Shown here: positions 63,201 through 64,000 of the stretch, piece by piece
Numbering within the stretch: the first letter of the stretch is position 1
How the letters are laid out: every line of letters begins with the position of its first letter
NCBI GenBank assembly: GCA_976551045.1
Contig: CDPCPM010000063.1
Location: forward strand, 7,874,001-7,938,000
Length of the DNA: 64,000 nt
Direction of reading: 5' to 3'
Source: Glaucostegus cemiculus
Taxonomy: Eukaryota
The notes under the pieces: generated by a model
Database searches by the model: none
Seen by the model: only the letters and a program-made list of their open reading frames with translations
What the model was told of the DNA's origin: nothing
Translations under genes and position numbers: made by a program

Positions 63201-64000
63201 TGCAACACATAAAAAAGTTTATTCACCAAGCAATCTCAAAAGATGCAAGTAGAGGTGACCCCTGCATTATGGGGGGAAGGTGGTTGCATTCCTAGTGAAT
63301 GGTCTGCATTGTGATTTTTCATAACGCAAAGCTGTGTTAACTGTGCATATGTTAAGAAATGCAAGTTGAATGAAAATAAATTTGGTGTTTATTTACTTTC
63401 CTTCTGTTCACAAATACTATGAGAGTGAATTTTATTCCATATCTCAAATTTTAGGCAGTGATTTGTGAATTCTGTAAGAGCAAAGTTCCATTACCCTAAT
63501 GGCTGTAACATGGAGGTCACCTGTAATAGGATTTAAAACAATAAAACTCTAGGCCAAAAGAATTCTGGGAAATTCCATTACAACTCAAATGTTGATGTAA
63601 AAAATATTTTGTTTTGCAAAAAGCAGTGGTCATATGGTGCATCACTCAATAACTTACTTACATTTACTTATTTTCAGTAGAAGCCAGCACAAGGCAGTCA
63701 TCTAACTCCCTTCTGAATGCTTGTAGAAAATCTGCTTAAACTATTTGTGCATATAAATTATTCTAAAGGTTAATCCCTTCTGGGAAAATAAAAGCCTCCA
63801 GCTCTCTAAACTACCTCTACACTTAAAAAAAAATCACTAAACAGACATAAATATTGCAGGCTTGTGAACAAAACAGAAAGCCTCAGTTAATTAATGATGA
63901 AAGATAACAAAATAGTTACTTACAATCCATATTTCTTCCATTTCAAGTCGATGAACTGTTGAACAACAGGGTGTTTTAAGACATTAAATATTTGGTGCTT
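33043..64000 (-). CDS. Divergent TRP-family (TRPV/TRPA-related, possibly TRPVL-like) 6-TM cation channel; 3' ten exons, 5' part outside window
   Basis: Hand-spliced exons 63924->64000, 59904-60012, 57905-58075, 48667-48734, 47950-48120, 46829-46947, 42924-43128, 41588-41795, 37445-37563, 33043-33211. All visible junctions are GT-AG and phase-consistent, with no internal stop (1416 nt). Motifs: pre-S1 [17 protein letters not shown]4-S5 [16 protein letters not shown], pore [14 protein letters not shown]6 [12 protein letters not shown]-helix-like [16 protein letters not shown]-terminal coiled coil. Confidence 0.9.
33707..34003 (-). mobile_element. tRNA-derived V-SINE-like SINE (young)
   Basis: Minus strand: A-box TAGTGTAGTGG, B-box GGTTCAATTCC, core GGTTTCCTCCGGGTGCTCCGGTTT, tail TTTCACTGTG...AATAAAG(ATCTT)n. 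Confidence 0.88.
34233..34527 (-). mobile_element. tRNA-derived V-SINE-like SINE
   Basis: Same family and orientation as 33707-34003. Confidence 0.85.
34905..35110. mobile_element. Old palindromic Penelope-terminus-derived element
   Basis: gcagaaaatgctggaagcactcagcacatcaagcagcatctg ... cagatgttgcc...ttccagcatttctg. Confidence 0.65.
36150..36934 (+). mobile_element. Degraded CR1/L2-group LINE fragment
   Basis: [26 protein letters not shown] and NYCPIC; homologous to 26660-26960. Confidence 0.65.
37445..37563 (-). CDS. TRP-like channel exon (C-terminal helical region)
   Basis: attgtag|[39 protein letters not shown]|gtaatt; phase 0->2. Confidence 0.8.
40774..40861. repeat. Perfect 44-bp tandem duplication
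   Basis: ACAAAATCTTAAACTGTGCTGTTGCAATCACAAGTGATACTAGG x2. Confidence 0.95.
41588..41795 (-). CDS. TRP-like channel exon (TRP-helix region)
   Basis: atccag|[26 protein letters not shown]...LKITVFEIK|gtaagt; phase 2->0. Confidence 0.88.
42128..42296 (+). repeat. Near-identical copy of the Penelope fragment at 49844-50010
   Basis: Direct alignment by eye; only scattered substitutions. Confidence 0.85.
42924..43128 (-). CDS. TRP-like channel exon (pore helix, filter, S6)
   Basis: tttgtag|[67 protein letters not shown]|gtaagt; phase 1->2. Confidence 0.92.
44280..44370 (+). mobile_element. Harbinger transposase N-terminal fossil
   Basis: [25 protein letters not shown] resembles the HARBI1-like N-terminus (LSxEQCxRRLRFxKxxVxxIC). 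Confidence 0.5.
44490..44790 (-). mobile_element. tRNA-derived V-SINE-like SINE
   Basis: Same family as 33707-34003. Confidence 0.85.
44795..45172 (+). mobile_element. LINE (CR1/L2 group) 3' end with A-rich tail
   Basis: [20 protein letters not shown]...[14 protein letters not shown], followed by a short UTR and A-tract at 45160-45171. Confidence 0.7.
46829..46947 (-). CDS. TRP-like channel exon (S4-S5 linker, S5)
   Basis: cctgtag|[39 protein letters not shown]|gtatga; phase 2->1. Confidence 0.9.
47950..48120 (-). CDS. TRP-like channel exon (S3-S4)
   Basis: catttag|[56 protein letters not shown](K)|gtgagt; phase 2->2. Confidence 0.85.
48667..48734 (-). CDS. TRP-like channel exon (S2-S3 linker)
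   Basis: tattag|[22 protein letters not shown](W)|gtgagt; phase 0->2. Confidence 0.82.
49790..52020 (+). mobile_element. Degraded Penelope-like element split by a Rex1 LINE
   Basis: 5' part SVLSKDLSF...[10 protein letters not shown]...IAIKTTD*GG; resumes after 51395 (DTS..., CKFEEQHL); terminal CTGATAAAGGGTCTTTGACCTGAAA region at about 51920-52020. Confidence 0.7.
50290..51395 (+). mobile_element. 5'-truncated Rex1/Babar-clade LINE
   Basis: [58 protein letters not shown]; TGATTC-type tail. Confidence 0.9.
52619..52670. repeat. Perfect 26-bp tandem duplication
   Basis: CTAGAAGTGGCTAGACATGTCTCCTC x2. Confidence 0.95.
52700..53272 (-). mobile_element. CR1 LINE 3' fragment
   Basis: Minus strand LQRVQRRF-like region ([22 protein letters not shown]) and CR1 3' UTR. 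Confidence 0.7.
53734..54493 (-). mobile_element. Solo LTR (760 bp)
   Basis: TGTTAC...GTGACA termini, 4-bp TSD TTGT (53730-53733 and 54494-54497), minus-strand AATAAA at 53792-53797, internal ~60-bp imperfect direct repeat. Confidence 0.8.
55315..56005 (-). mobile_element. Degraded, internally deleted CR1 LINE
   Basis: CR1 3' UTR (aagaaatagaagcaggagtaggcc) and RT remnants ([11 protein letters not shown]). Confidence 0.6.
56020..56362 (+). mobile_element. tRNA-derived V-SINE (HE1-like) with CR1-type tail
   Basis: tagtggtgtagccagtt A-box, ggttcaatcc B-box, gtttgcactttctc core, tail gaagggtctgtttctgtgctat...ctacgattcta. Confidence 0.75.
57290..57502. mobile_element. Short palindromic Penelope-terminus-derived element
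   Basis: Long inverted arms gctggaggaactcagcaggtcagacagcatctgtggagacagag..ggtcga / tcgacc..tctgtctccaaagatgctgcctgacctgctgatttcctctagc, then ccagattccagcatctgcagtttcttgtgtct. Confidence 0.8.
57905..58075 (-). CDS. TRP-like channel exon (S2 and start of long S2-S3 linker)
   Basis: tttcag|[57 protein letters not shown]|gtaatt; 171 nt. Confidence 0.88.
58189..58385 (+). mobile_element. V-SINE-like SINE 5' part
   Basis: cagtggtgcagctagtagagc A-box, gggttcagtcc B-box, gtggagtttgcatgttctccc core. Confidence 0.75.
59270..59625. mobile_element. CR1 fragment with internal inversion
   Basis: Minus LEYCVQLW...[13 protein letters not shown] abuts plus-strand [16 protein letters not shown]...FKTEINRF. 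Confidence 0.6.
59904..60012 (-). CDS. TRP-like channel exon (S1)
   Basis: ttttcag|; (F)[36 protein letters not shown]; CAG|gtaaaa; phase 2->0. Confidence 0.85.
60897..62027 (+). mobile_element. 5'-truncated fish-type L1 (L1/Tx1 group) ORF2 C-terminus and 3' UTR
   Basis: Open ORF to 61614 with [11 protein letters not shown] and the zinc-knuckle [14 protein letters not shown]; T-rich UTR, AATAAA at about 62009, A-rich tail; 17-bp TSD AATAAT(T/G)CTGCTATGTG at 60880-60896 and 62028-62044. Confidence 0.9.
62455..62545 (+). mobile_element. 91-bp CR1 3' tail insertion with 5-bp TSD
   Basis: gatcagccatgatc...gaagggccgaatggtctacttctgctcc(tattgtc)2; AAGAT on both sides; empty site visible in the paralogous copy at about 60179. 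Confidence 0.8.
63250..63525. mobile_element. Tc1/mariner (Tigger-like) MITE
   Basis: Imperfect terminal inverted repeats TA-GAGGTGACC... / ...GGTCACCTG-TA with TA on both flanks; no ORF. Confidence 0.55.
63924..64000 (-). CDS. TRP-like channel exon (pre-S1 helix), cut by window edge
   Basis: [25 protein letters not shown], donor TT|gtaagt. Confidence 0.85.

Overview
Eukaryotic, AT-rich vertebrate genomic DNA. The repeat inventory (CR1, Rex1/Babar, fish-type L1, Penelope, V-SINE-like SINEs, Harbinger fossils) points to a cartilaginous fish, probably a ray or shark; this is an inference. Two convergent spliced genes can be rebuilt by hand. (1) On the + strand, the 3' part of an unrecognised gene (7 phase-consistent exons, 744-14533, ambiguous last exons up to about 17.3 kb) encodes a Ser/Cys/acidic low-complexity region and a C-terminal coiled coil. 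(2) On the - strand, 10 phase-consistent GT-AG exons (>64000 to stop at 33043, about 470 aa in the window) encode the whole six-TM domain and C-terminus of a divergent TRPV/TRPA-related cation channel that does not match my recollection of vertebrate TRPV1-6 or TRPA1. This is the most interesting object in the window. The rest is transposon-derived: Penelope elements with hammerhead-like motifs and short palindromic derivatives, two solo LTRs with 4-bp TSDs, Rex1/Babar and CR1 LINEs, a young L1 3' end with a TSD, SINEs, Harbinger fossils and several local duplications and hairpins. Nearly all ORF-track entries are TE fragments or chance ORFs.
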